From the NCBI GenBank assembly GCA_030390025.1, contig CM059431.1:116996001-117060000 (forward strand): a stretch of DNA of 64,000 nt. The letters run 5' to 3'. Shown piece by piece: positions 10,193 through 21,239 of this stretch. This DNA is from Squalus acanthias. Taxonomy: Eukaryota. The first letter of the stretch is position 1; every line of letters starts with the position of its first letter. The translations under genes were made by a program, and so were the position numbers. The notes under the pieces are model-generated. The model worked only from the letters and a program-made list of their open reading frames with translations, did not search any database and was not told where the DNA came from.

Positions 10193-11895
10193 TGTAAAGT
10201 TTCGCAATTATCGCGATTCGAAATAACGAGAGAGAAGCAGATTCGTTTGATCAGTTTATTTAAACGAAATGCTGTCATGATTAAAAAGGACACAGAAGCC
10301 TGTAAAATGGCCACCGCGCATCGTGGCAGAAGCTTCCAGAATTACAGTGGGCAGACAAGATGGCGTTCGAATAAACATTTCAATATAAGACGGGATCATA
10401 CTCGATAAGCACTGATAAAGACAGGATGCAACCTGTTTGCATTTGTGACAATAGCAAAATATATGAGTGCTGGAATCGTTTTCCATGCACAAGTAAGGAC
10501 CATTGTACTGGGCAATCGAAGGCCCATCCAGACACATCAATACACAAATACCCCCATGGCTCTGCAATGAGAGAGCCATTCTCGGGTGATTAAACAAGTA
10601 TTCGGGGGCCCCCAAAACCCAGCCAGGGAGGCTCCTAGCCGGTTCAACAATGAGGAAAACATTAACGGGTAGTTGGCCAGTTTCAGGTGCTACCGAATCC
10701 CGTTAAAGACAAGAATCGCCCCATGCTGGGAGTTTTGAGCGCCAATATTTCACAAAGGACAAACATTAAGATTTGGGCGGGAGATAGGGGAACACAGCAC
10801 TATAACTATAGTGAACAAATGTCCATCGGTCTCTTATCTCTGCTGACTCTTGACTCGGGCTGAACTCTTATTCTCCTATTCTGATCCTCGGGTATCGCTC
10901 TGCTGGACGAGCAGCCTTCTGTGTTTCTCTGGACTCTGTTGACTCTGGACTTTTGCTGCACTGGACGGTTATTCGAATGTTGGGTGGAGCTCAATCGGAA
11001 CGAGCCGCCTCGACAAAGGCAAGTGACCGGGTGCACCATCCCGAGAGTCGGTAAACGGTGTCTGGACCCGAAGGCCCAACAAGACAAGACGAAATGACAA
11101 GAAAAGAAGAAGAATCCACGTGCCACTGCGGTCAGTAAACCCCGACCGCACCCGAAAATATAAGACCCACTGCTTGAACTCTGCAGGTTATTGCACGAAC
11201 CGGTCAAAGACTCTTCTTTGAATTCTACCGACAACTGGTGTCGATACAGGAAGACTTTTCTTTGAGTTCTACAGCCGGGCCCGAGTTCTGTCGAGTTCTT
11301 CATGACAACGGGGAGCCCGGCCTGCTTGCCGCAGCAGCGAAGATAAACAAGTGGGGTACAGAGACCCCTCCAAACACGTGACAGTCAGGCGCTGCAGCGA
11401 AACGAGCCGAGTGCCTCACTTTAAAATTCTCCGAAGTATCACAAGTGGTGAGCATGTTTCCTGATCCTACAAATCTAGATGTAGTGTAGGTATTGATAGG
11501 GGAGGGTGGATTTATTAAGGATAAAGTATAATGTGTTCCCCTTTTTACGATGTGCCGTGCGTTCTTCATTACCATAGACCAAGCTTTATGAATGTATGTA
11601 TACTTGTACTCTCGTTAATTTGCGCCTATGACATGTACTTCATGATTTTGGACGCTATGCAATAAAGATTTCCATTTCGTACTATTCAACCAGGTCTATT
11701 TGAGTTTTTCTCTGCATTACTGCTCTCGCACCTAAGTCCAGTGTTAGAACCGTAAGGGCGAGTGGGTCGAACCACTCACAGGTGCTTATTGCAACAAGGC
11801 TGGCCGGAGACCAGAGCAAGCAATAGCATTAGGCAACGAAGGCCTAACCTCGCACCAGCACTGTCTGTGATACAAGCACGCCGAAACCCCTTACA
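10193..11895 (+). repeat. 3' LTR (1703 bp)
   Basis: Follows the polypurine tract; inverted termini TGTAA...TTACA; AATAAA at 11661-11666; homologous to the solo LTR at 3580-6026. Confidence 0.92.
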
Positions 11896-13390
11896 GATGG
11901 CACGTTCGAAGACGCTGTATTTAAGGGGGCCATGTCCCCTTTGGCTTTCACTTACATTTTGCTGCTCCTGAGTGCTGGTGGTTGCATACCTGACAGCACC
12001 GAGAACAAAGGCTGCTCCTCTTTCGACGATGACTCCCTCCATGTTCTTGTGGATGGAGTAAGAGGACGCAAGGAGGTGCTGTTCCCTTCTGATGGAAGGA
12101 GGAAGCCTCCTCAGCACACCAAGGCAGCCTGGCTGCAAATAGCTGAGGAGGTCAGTGCAAGGTCTATCTTTACACTCACCTGGTCCATTGTAGGAAGAGA
12201 TTCAATGATCTCCTGCGTTCAGCAAAAGTGAGTATAACAGCACACTTACCTTCATTCTGCTGTGCCTGTCTTCACATCCCCATCACTCTGTATTGCCAGC
12301 CCTACTCCTGCACAATCTAACTCACCCCAACATCCCTTGCACCGTCACCCTTCCCTCTCTCCCTCTGTACAGAATAACTTCCCCATCTTACTATGCACCC
12401 CTCACACCCACTCTCAATGTTATGCAATGACAACAACTAACAACTCACAAGGAACTTGGTAATGGGAACCCACTCCATCGTATTCTCCCTCTAAACATCT
12501 ATCCTATCCATTCTTTACACTCATTCCATCACTCTCGCTAAAACTGCACTTCTGTCCCTCATTGCAGGAAAAGAGAGCCTACAATAAGAGGGAGCCGGAG
12601 AGAACAGGAGGAGGACCACCATCCGTGGCACAGCTCACCCACGCTGAGGAGGCAGCTCTGGACATTGTTGGAGGTGCTGAGGAGCTTGAAGTGGGGGACG
12701 GAGAGACGGGCTCAGTCGAACAACCTGGTGACAGAATTATTTTCCAACCATCTGATTTGGCATTCATGAGTGACTCATATGGGATCTGGTGTTCATAGAA
12801 ATTGAATGCTCATCATGTGCACAATGCAACCTACAAATCACATGTCTAAATCAGGTCTTTAATCTCCCACAGAACCATCAAGAGCCCCCCTCTCTATTGC
12901 CCAGGAGGAAGAGCAGGAGGACTCCTCAGAGGATCCTCCAGCCTCTGAGGGAGTAGCGTCAGCAGAAATGAGTGCACCCTGCACCAGCACAGAGACGCAC
13001 ACCTCGGTGGGTCCAATGCGAGATAGAGTGGTGTTGTCACCTGGTGTCTCAGAGCTCACAAGTGAGCTAGAGCAGATGATGGAGACAGTGACAGCAGTGG
13101 AGAGTCCTCATCGGCGGCTGTAAGATGCTCCTAGCTTAGCTGAGCTACATGCAGACGCTGAGCCTGAGGGGCCATCCAGGAAAAGAGCAGTGCTGGAGAT
13201 TCAGGAGCAAGTGCAGGAGGCTCTGACTGGTTTAGCAACCACGGTGACTGCGAGTGTGCAAAGAATGGAGGAGTCCATCTAAAATATGAGCAGCGCCATG
13301 GTGCAGGCTCTGGCAAATGTAGGTCCCGCCATGGAAAGGATGGCAACCTCCAAGGCGGACATAAATCGCCAGACTCAGGAGAACATGATA
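11896..13390 (+). mobile_element. PIF/Harbinger fragment with degenerate 3-exon Myb/SANT-like gene; host of the ERV insertion
   Basis: FDDDSLHVLVDGVRGRKEVLFP..AWLQIAEEVS..RFNDL followed by GTGAGT; exon 2 EKRAYNKRE..RTGGGPP; frameshifts; homologous to 16079-17939. Confidence 0.8.
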
Positions 13391-13424
13391 ACACTTCTAA
13401 ATAGTTCGAGTCATAGAGTCATAT

Positions 13425-14167
13425 GGGGGAAAAATTCAGCTGCTTGCGCCTCCCGTTAGCGCCTTAAGAGGGCGCTAATGGGGCGTAAAGCAGCTAATGC
13501 CCGGGTGCAGCGCCGCCCACGCCTCCCGAAAAATTTAGTGGGAGGTTAGCGGCGGCGGCAGCCGGTAGCGCCCTGTGGCGCTGCGCCGCCGGCGATGACG
13601 TCATCGCCATGCGCAGCACCCCGCTCGCGCCCCGACCGTGATCTTCAGTCGCGCCCCCTGATTTACCGCCAGACGCTATGTCCGACGGGTTCAGGGAGGC
13701 GTACGTGCGGCCAGGGCGGCGATATTTAAAGGGGAGGTGGCAGGCGGCCATTTTTGTTGCTGGCCGCCTGCCAGCACCTGCCCCCGTTGCTGTCCCCGGC
13801 CCCCGTGAAGCCCCCCCACCGTGAAGTGCCGGCTGCGCTCCAAGAGCCCGGCACTTCTCTTGAGTGCCGGGCTCTTTTGCCGGCACTCCCGATCCCTGGG
13901 GGCCCAGCTGGGCCCCGGTTCGCGCTGCGCAGGGTCCCTCCCCTTTAAGAAGGGGAGGAAGGCCTGCAATACCGCGGCACGTAGCGCCAGGATATTCCCT
14001 CGCAGCGCCCCAAGAGGGATGCGGGGTGCTTCCAGTGGCGCCCCGCTTCCCTCTTGGGGCGCAACCACTGAAGTTCCGGCGCGGGGCCGCTAATTTTTTC
14101 GGGGCGCTAAAAGTCGCGCCCCGGCGAGGTTAGCGCCCCAAATGGGGCGCGACTCAATTTTTACCCC
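13425..14167. mobile_element. GC-rich MITE copy 2, in the 3' tail of a CR1 LINE
   Basis: Same TIRs and near-identical interior to 5204-5976, apart from one ~30-bp indel. Confidence 0.88.
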
Positions 14168-15905
14168 ATAGAATTATTCAGCACAGAAAGAGGCCCTTCG
14201 GCCCATCATGTCCGCGCCGGCCATCAAGCCCTGTCTATTCTAATCCCATTTTCCAGCACTTGGTCCGTAGCCTTGTATGCTATGGCATTTCAAGTGCTCA
14301 TCTAAATGCTTCTTGAATGTTGTGAGGGTTCCTGCCTCTACCACCCTTTCAGGCAGTGAGTTCCAGATTCCAACCACCCTCTGGGTGAAAAAGTTTTTCC
14401 TCAAATCCCCTCTAAACCTCCTGCCCCTTACCTTGAAACTATGTCCCCGAGTTATTGACCCCTCTACGAAGGGGAACATTCCTTTCTATCTACCCTATCT
14501 ATGCCCCTCATAATTTTGTACACCTCAATCAGATCCCCCCTCAGACTTCTCTGCTCTAAGGAAAACAGCCCCAGCCTGTCCAGTCTCTCTTCATAGCTGA
14601 AGCGCTCCAGCCCAGGTAACATCCTGGTGAATCTCCTCTGCACCCTCTCCAATGCAATCACATCCCTCCTATAGTGTGGTGACCAGAACTGCACACAGTA
14701 TTCCAGCTGTGGCCTAACTAGCGTTTTGTACAGCTCCATCATAACCTTCCTGCTCTTATATTATATGCCTCGGCTAATGAAGGCAAGTATCCCATATGCC
14801 TTTTTTTTTACCACCTTATCTACCTGTCCTGCTGCCTTCAGGGATCTATGTCCATGCACACCAAGGTCCTTCTGATCCTCTGTCCTTCCTAGGATCCTAC
14901 CATTCATGGTGTATTCCCTTGCCTTGCTAGTCCTCCCAAAATGCATCACCTCACACTTTTCAGGGTTAAATTCCATTTGCCACTGTTCTGCCCATCTAAC
15001 CATCCCGTCCATATCATCCTGTAGCCTGAGGCTTCCCTCCTCGCTAATTACCACTCCACCAATTTTCGTGTCATCTGCGAACTTACTGATCATACCTCCT
15101 ACATTCATATCTAAATCAATAATGTACACTACAAACAGCAAAGGACCCAGCACCGATCCCTGCGGTATACCACTGGACACAGGCTTCCAGTCACAAAACC
15201 AACCTTTGACCATCACCCTCTGCCTCCTGCCACTAAGCCAATTTTGGATCCAATGTGCCAAATTGCCCTGGATCCCATGGGCTCTTACCTTCTTGACCAG
15301 TCTCCCATGTGGGACTTTGTCAAAAGCCTTACTGAAGTCCATGTAGACTACATCAACTGCACTACCCTCATCCACACACCTAGTCACCCCCTTGAAAATG
15401 TCAATCACATTGGTCAGACATGATCTCTCCCTGACAAAGCCATGCTGACTATCCCTGATTAATCCCTGCCTCTCCAAGTGGAGATGAATTCTGTCCCTCA
15501 GAATATTTTCCAATAATTTCCCTACCACTGATGTTAGGCTCACTGGCCTGTAATTCCTGGTTGATCCCTGCTACCCTTCTTGAATAATGGTACTATGTTA
15601 GCTGTCTTCCAGTCCTCTGGCACCTCCCCTGAGGAAGGAGCGATAGCTCCGAAAGCTTGTGATTTCAAATAAAACTGTTGGACTATAACCTGGTGTTGTG
15701 CGACCTCTCAATTTTGTCCACCCCAGTCCAACACCGGCATCTCCGCATCATGACCTCCCCTGTGGCCAGAGAGGTTCTGAAAATTTGTGTCAGAGAACCT
15801 GCAATCTCCTGCCTTGCCTCACACAGCAGCCTGGGATACATCCCCTCAGGGACTGTGGATTTATTCACTTTTAAGCCCGTTAAAACCGTCAGTACCTCCT
15901 CCCTC
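14168..15905 (-). mobile_element. 5'-truncated CR1-type LINE (RT region, frameshifted)
   Basis: YMDFSKAFDKVPH, PQGSVLGPLLF, KFADDTK, RPQLEYCVQFWSP; tail of catagagt-type repeats. Confidence 0.92.
15629..15752 (+). mobile_element. Short Penelope-derived insert with hammerhead core, inside CR1
   Basis: CTGAGGA-aGGAGC gata GCTCC-GAAAGCTT-GTGA; 10-bp flanking duplication acctcccctg (15622-15631/15753-15762). Confidence 0.75.
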
Positions 15906-16078
15906 TCAATACCAGCCCAATAAAATGGAGCGGGTCTGCTGATGTCACCGATGACTCATTTTCAGCACAGATACTTAAAACAGTCTTGCACACATCCCAG
16001 TTGAAGGTTGTTGGAGGAGAGAAAAAGGTGCTTGGGAGAGGTGGAAATTGTTGGATATCACAGAGATTTGTGTGGGAC

Positions 16079-17939
16079 ATGGAGTCACACTGACAGAAGG
16101 CTGCGTCCAGATTCCCTGATGCCTCCCTCGAAGTGCTGGTCCAGGGAATCAGAGCATGCAGGGAGTTCCTATACCCTGCAGATAGGCGCAAAAGAGCAGC
16201 CAGAGACACCAAGAGGACATGGCTGGAGATCGCGGAGGAGGTCAGCAGTAGGGATGTCATAAGGTGGTCCTGGATCCAGTGCTGGAAAAGATTTAATGAT
16301 CTCATGAGGTCAGGAAAGGTGAGTGTAATGCCAAAATCAACTACATCCTGATGTGCGTGTCACCCCAACCCCATCACTCTGTCTTCCCAAGCATACTCCT
16401 GCACCTCAATCCTCACACCAACCTACCTTGCAAGGTGCACCCATCCCTTACTCTCTATCTGCCTACTCACATCCCCATCTATCTAACCACCACTGACACT
16501 CACCCTCATCCTAATGCAATCATAGGAAGTAACACCACAGAAGGAGGTCATTTGGCAATGTCACTCCACTCCCTCATAGTCACTCTCTACAGATGTAGCC
16601 TATCCATTCCTGACACTCATTCCACACTCTCACTCAAAGTTCTCTTCTTTCCCTCCTTGCAGGAGAGAGCCCAAAACAACAGGGAGAGGCAATGAACCGG
16701 AGGTGGCCCTCCAATTTTCACCAACTTGACTCCAGCAGAGGAGGAGGCCCTTGAAATCACTGGAGTTGCAGAGGTGCTGGCGGTGGGAGATGGAGAGAGG
16801 CAGACCTCCCAGCAGCCTGGTGACAGAATTAAATCTCATACTGCCACATGGCATACAACATCATGGTGACTTGATCATGGTCAGCAGCCAGTCAAATGCC
16901 ATCATGTGCATAATGGTAACATTACATATTCTTATCATAAGACTTCTAATTCATCTCTTTACTCTCCCACAGGTCCATCAAGTGTCACCCCCTACTGTTT
17001 AGCCAGAGGAGGAAGATGACTCCTCAGCGGAAGCTCCAATTTCTGCGGGTGCACCGTCACCAGACCCAAGTGCACCCAGCACCAGCGCAGATATGCACAC
17101 CTCGGTGGGTACAGCGAGTCATAATGTAGTGTTGTCACCTGGTGTCTCACAGATCACAAGTGAGCAAGAGCAGATGGTGGAGACAGGGACACCAGTGGAG
17201 AGTCCTTGCCGGAGGGTGCAGGACGCTCCCAGCTCTGCTCATGTTGCATGCAGATGCTGAACCTCGGGGGCCATTGAGAAAGAGGGTGATCTTGGAGGAG
17301 CAGCAACAAATGCGCGAGGCTCTGGCAGCTTTTGCAGCCGCGATGTGTGCAAATGTACAGAGAATGGAGGAGTCTATCTCCAACATGAGCACCACCATAT
17401 CACAGGCGATGGCGACTGTAGGCTCTTCCATGGAAAGGATGGCCACCTGCATGGAGCAGCTAATGCGCCAGTCAAATGAAAACATGCTTGCTGTGAACAA
17501 CAAATTGCAGACTCTTATTGAACTCATCTCTAGAAGGGATAGCAACATCGATTTGGGTGTTCATCGCCCCACAGATGTGCAGCAAGATGCTCTCCAGCTC
17601 CTTGCTAGCAGGGAAGTGCGGGTGGCTCATGAGAGGGATGATGGTGAGAGGGGACATGGAAGTGGGGGCTCCGCTCAAAGCATTCCCACTTCTCCCCCGT
17701 TGCCTCCCCCTCAGTCAGAGTCCCACATGCTTCCTCAGATCTCGATGGCCGAGTCTGCACAGTTGCAGAAGGAGCAGTCTTTGGCGGGGCCAACACAGGC
17801 TCCAAAACCCAGAGGGCGTCCGCCAAAAGTTTCTAAGCAGTCAGAGCAGGGAAATGAGCAGCCTGTCTCTACCACTGCTGAAGCCACAGAGGGTGCACCT
17901 CGTAGAAGCATTCAGAAAAGAAAAATGACAGAATCATAG
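16079..17939 (+). pseudogene. Harbinger Myb/SANT-like DNA-binding protein (exons ~16079-16318, 16663-16819, 16973-17939)
   Basis: RFPDASLEVLVQGI..TWLEIAEEVSS..QCWKRFNDLMRSGK; GT/AG boundaries; coiled-coil-like C-terminus; stops present. Confidence 0.82.
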
Positions 17940-18180
17940 ATGCACAAGGGTATGCATATGGTTGTTTGCTAAAATGTTAGTGTTAAGTTGCAGGAGGAGC
18001 AGTCTTTGGTGGGGCCTCACAGGCTCCAAAACCCAGAAGATGTCTGCCAAACTGTCAAAGCAATGGCAGCAGGGAAATGATCAGCCTGCGGAAATGAAAA
18101 AAGACTCAATCGTAGATGCACAAGGGTATGCACATGGGTGTTTGACAAAATGCTATGGTTAAGTTTCAGTAATATTTATG

Positions 18181-18290
18181 AACATAAGAACATAAGGACA
18201 TAAGAAATAGGAGCAGGAGTAGGCCATTCGGCCCCTCGAGCCTGCTCCGCCATTCAATAAGATCTTGGCTGATCTGATCTTGGCCTCATG
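18181..18290 (-). mobile_element. CR1 3' tail fragment
   Basis: aacataag repeats followed by aggagcaggagtaggccattcggcccctcgagcc, matching the CR1 3' ends at ~48500 and ~50030. Confidence 0.7.
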
Positions 18291-18519
18291 ATGTACATAA
18301 ATTTATTTCTTTGCACTACTTTCCGGTCTTGTCCATTTTTGCCTGCTACCTGGGAAGTGGCTTTGACACTTGGAGTGAATGGTGAGACATTACTTAACCT
18401 CGAGCAATGGGGGTTTGGGTGACAGGAATGGCTTGGTCATTGTAGGACTGCTTTGTGATGTTGTTGTGGGGGGGATGTAGGTACAGCATTTGGCAGCCAT
18501 ATGGGTGCACTGGTGCAAG

Positions 18520-19651
18520 TTAAGTAAATCTGGCCATCCCGGGCCTCCCTGGCAGCAATGTGCACCGCTGCTGGTGCCATCTCCACCTCAGGTTCCTCCT
18601 TCTCCTCCTCCTCCTCGTGTTCCACCTGTTCCTCCTCCTCCTCTGAAGAGGCTGTGCACTCTGCGCCTTGCTCCTCCTGCAGCTCCAGTCCTCGCTGCTG
18701 TGCTGTGTTGTGCAGTGTGCAGCATACGACAATGATTCTGGAGACCCTAGCTGGTGTGTACTGAAGGGCTCCTCCAGATCTGTCAAGGCTTCTGAAGCGC
18801 ATCTTCAGCATGCCAATTGCTTGCTCTATGATACATCTGGTGGACATGTGGCTGTCATTTTAGCACTCCTCGGCCTCATTGCTTGACCTCCTCAATTGTG
18901 TCATCAACCACGTCTTCAGTGGATAAACCTTGTCTCCAAGCAGCCACCTGATAAGTCTGTTTGGAGGTGTGACGAGCTGAGGGAGGGTGGACTGGCGCAG
19001 CACGAAAGACTCATGACAGCTGCCAGGGAATCTGGCGCACACATGCATAATGATCTTTTAATGGTTGCAGACGAGCTGCACTTTGAGGAAGTGGAAGCCC
19101 TTGCAGTTCACAAACATTCCTGGGTGATGTGGGGTTGCCTTAATGGCCACATGTGTGCATTCGATGACGCCTTGCACCTGTGGGAAGCCAGCCAGAGCCG
19201 CAAAGCCAAGCGCCCGCTCATTAACACTGGCTTCATCAGTGGCAAAATTGACATAATTGGCTGACTTGTCAAACATGGCATCAGTCACCTGGGTGATGCA
19301 TCTGTGGGCGGCCGACAGAGACCCCGCAAATGTCTGCTGCAGATCCCTGCAAGGACCCTGGGGCGAAGAAGTTGAGGGTGGTGGTGACTTTGACAGTTAC
19401 TGGTAAGGCATGTCCACCAGGTTCTCTGGGCAGCAGCTCTTGTTCCAGCAAGCTACAAATGTCTACGACGACCTGGCAAGATAGCCTGAGCCTCCTGAAG
19501 CACTGCTGCTCAGTCATGTCCAGGAAGCTCATCCTCTGCCTGTATACCCTGTGTTGGGGTTAACGCCTCCAGCGTGCCGCAGCCCTGTGCTGATCCCCTC
19601 TCCTGTGGAGCATCAGGTCGGTGAGGAGAAGGCTGCTGCTGTTGTTGCTGC

Positions 19652-19684
<33 letters not shown>

Positions 19685-19767
19685 TGGTGTGGCTGGTGTT
19701 GTTGGTGCTGGGGCTCACCTTGGTCCGACTCTGATGACTTAGGTATGACAGCATAAGCGGCACCCAT
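18520..19767 (-). pseudogene. Harbinger DDE transposase (HARBI1-like), frameshifted
   Basis: [79 protein letters not shown]. Confidence 0.9.
19633..19690. repeat. (CTG/TTG)n microsatellite encoding polyQ in the nuclease N-terminus
   Basis: Run of gctgctgct/gttgtt triplets seen directly. Confidence 0.9.
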
Positions 19768-19782
19768 GCTGATCTAATAGAT

Positions 19783-20810
19783 TGAGAGGTCGCACAACAC
19801 CAGGTTATAGTCCAACAGTTTTATTTGAAATCACAAGCTTTCGGAGCTATCGATTGCTCCTTCCTCAGGTGAAGTAAATTAGATACAGAATCGCCAAAGC
19901 ATATATAGATAGAAAACAAAGCATGTGTACCTTACAATTGCAGACCACCAAATTAAATCATCCTGACTATCTGCCGAGGTGTGATAAAGTTAATTAAGTC
20001 AGCCAGGAAGGTACCACATCAAAGACATAGCAAGATACAACTGAGACAATGAGGTGTAGTCGCAGGGGTTCTAACGTGTCAAAAGCTGCCGTCTGTATGT
20101 AAAACAAAAAGCTTTAAAATTTTTACTTTTTTACTGGGAAAATTTTTACTTTTTTACTGGGAATCACATCTGTGAACAAGCTAACGACGACTCGAGTCCG
20201 GATCACGTCATGTATCGTGACATAAACCCAAAATCCCGATTGAGACCGTCTTCATGAGTGCGGAACTTGGCTATCAGTTTCTGCTCGATGATTTTGCGTT
20301 GTCGTGTGTTTCTAAGGTTGCCTTGGAGAACGCTTACCCGCAGATCCGAGGCTGAATGTCCTTGACTGCTGAAGTGTTCCCCGACTGGGAGGTAACAATC
20401 CTGCCTGGCGATTGTTGCGCGGTGCTCGTTCATACGTTGTCTCAGTGTCTGCATGGTCTCGCCGATGTACTATGCCGCGGTGCATTCTTTCCTGCAACGT
20501 ATGAGGTAGACAACGTTGGCCGAGTCACATGAGTATGTACCATGTACCTGGTGGGTAGTGTCCTCACGTGTGATGGTGGTATCTGTGTTGATGATCTGGC
20601 ATGTCTTGCAGAGTTTGCCATGGCAGGGTTGTGTGGTGTCGTGGTCGCTGTTATCCTGAAAGCTGGGTAATTTGCTGCGAACGATGGTACTTCTGAGGTT
20701 AGGCGGCTGTTTGAAGGCAAGTAGTGGAGGCGTGGGGATGGCCTTAGCGAGGTGTTTGTCGTCATCGATGACATGTTGAAGGCTGCGAAGAACATGACGT
20801 AGTTTCTCCG
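19783..20810 (-). mobile_element. 5'-truncated Penelope-like element (GIY-YIG endonuclease) with terminal hammerhead motif
   Basis: YSCDSANVVYLIRC..YIGETMQTLRQRMNEHR..EQKLIAKF..GLNRD; 9-bp TSD ctaatagat (19774-19782/20811-20819). Confidence 0.9.
19831..19873 (-). ncRNA. Minimal type I hammerhead ribozyme motif (Penelope-associated)
   Basis: Minus strand reads TCAC-CTGAGGA-aGGAGC..GCTCC-GAAA-GC-TT-GTGA: stem I TCAC/GTGA, stem II GGAGC/GCTCC, palindromic stem III. Confidence 0.75.
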
Positions 20811-21239
20811 CTAATAGATGACAGGTAAAGTGGAGCTCAGACGCACAATCCTCCAATGTACCGAGAGTGACTAGCAATATAGTGAGAGTGGCTACAGAGG
20901 TTGCAGAAATGATCTGCAAACTCCTGAAAGCTAAATCTCTGCACAAAATGATGTCAGCCAGAGCCTTTCTCTTAGGCAAGGAAGCAGGTGTAAGTATGTG
21001 TATTAATGTGCTTTTTCCAGCTGTCACTTAATTAATTTGCACAATGGCCACTGAGCTCCCACCTCCCCTTCACAGGCGAGGCTCCCGAGGTGCGTGAATC
21101 CCGTGCACAACCAGTTAAAGTCCAAACCTGACGCTAAAAAGGCAGTTTAGGATCTGTAAACGAGCAGTTAAATACCTCAATGAGGTCACCCGCCTCTCCT
21201 GAATGAGTCAGCAGACATAAAAATAATAAATTCTTTAAA

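Larger units (their letters stand above)
1..11895 (+). mobile_element. Endogenous retrovirus-like provirus (lokiretrovirus-like); 5' part lies outside the window
   Basis: Order gag end - pol (PR-RT-RH-RH-IN) - env - polypurine tract (aacaggaggga ~10181-10191) - LTR (TGTAA..TTACA, 10193-11895). Visible lesions are one premature stop in pol, one in env, and the 3580-6026 insertion. Confidence 0.93.
15910..21200. mobile_element. PIF/Harbinger transposon with convergent Myb/SANT and HARBI1-like nuclease genes (degenerate)
   Basis: Myb gene on + and DDE nuclease on -; interrupted by a Penelope element and a CR1 tail; outer boundaries approximate. Confidence 0.85.

Noticed and set aside
3580..11895. 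Inverted terminal repeats of a DIRS-like element, or an inversion
   Set aside because: The inverted copy has its own TSD and interrupts integrase, so it is an independent solo LTR insertion.
16079..19767. Domesticated host HARBI1/NAIF1/MSANTD genes
   Set aside because: Multiple stops and frameshifts, many dispersed copies, and transposon context.
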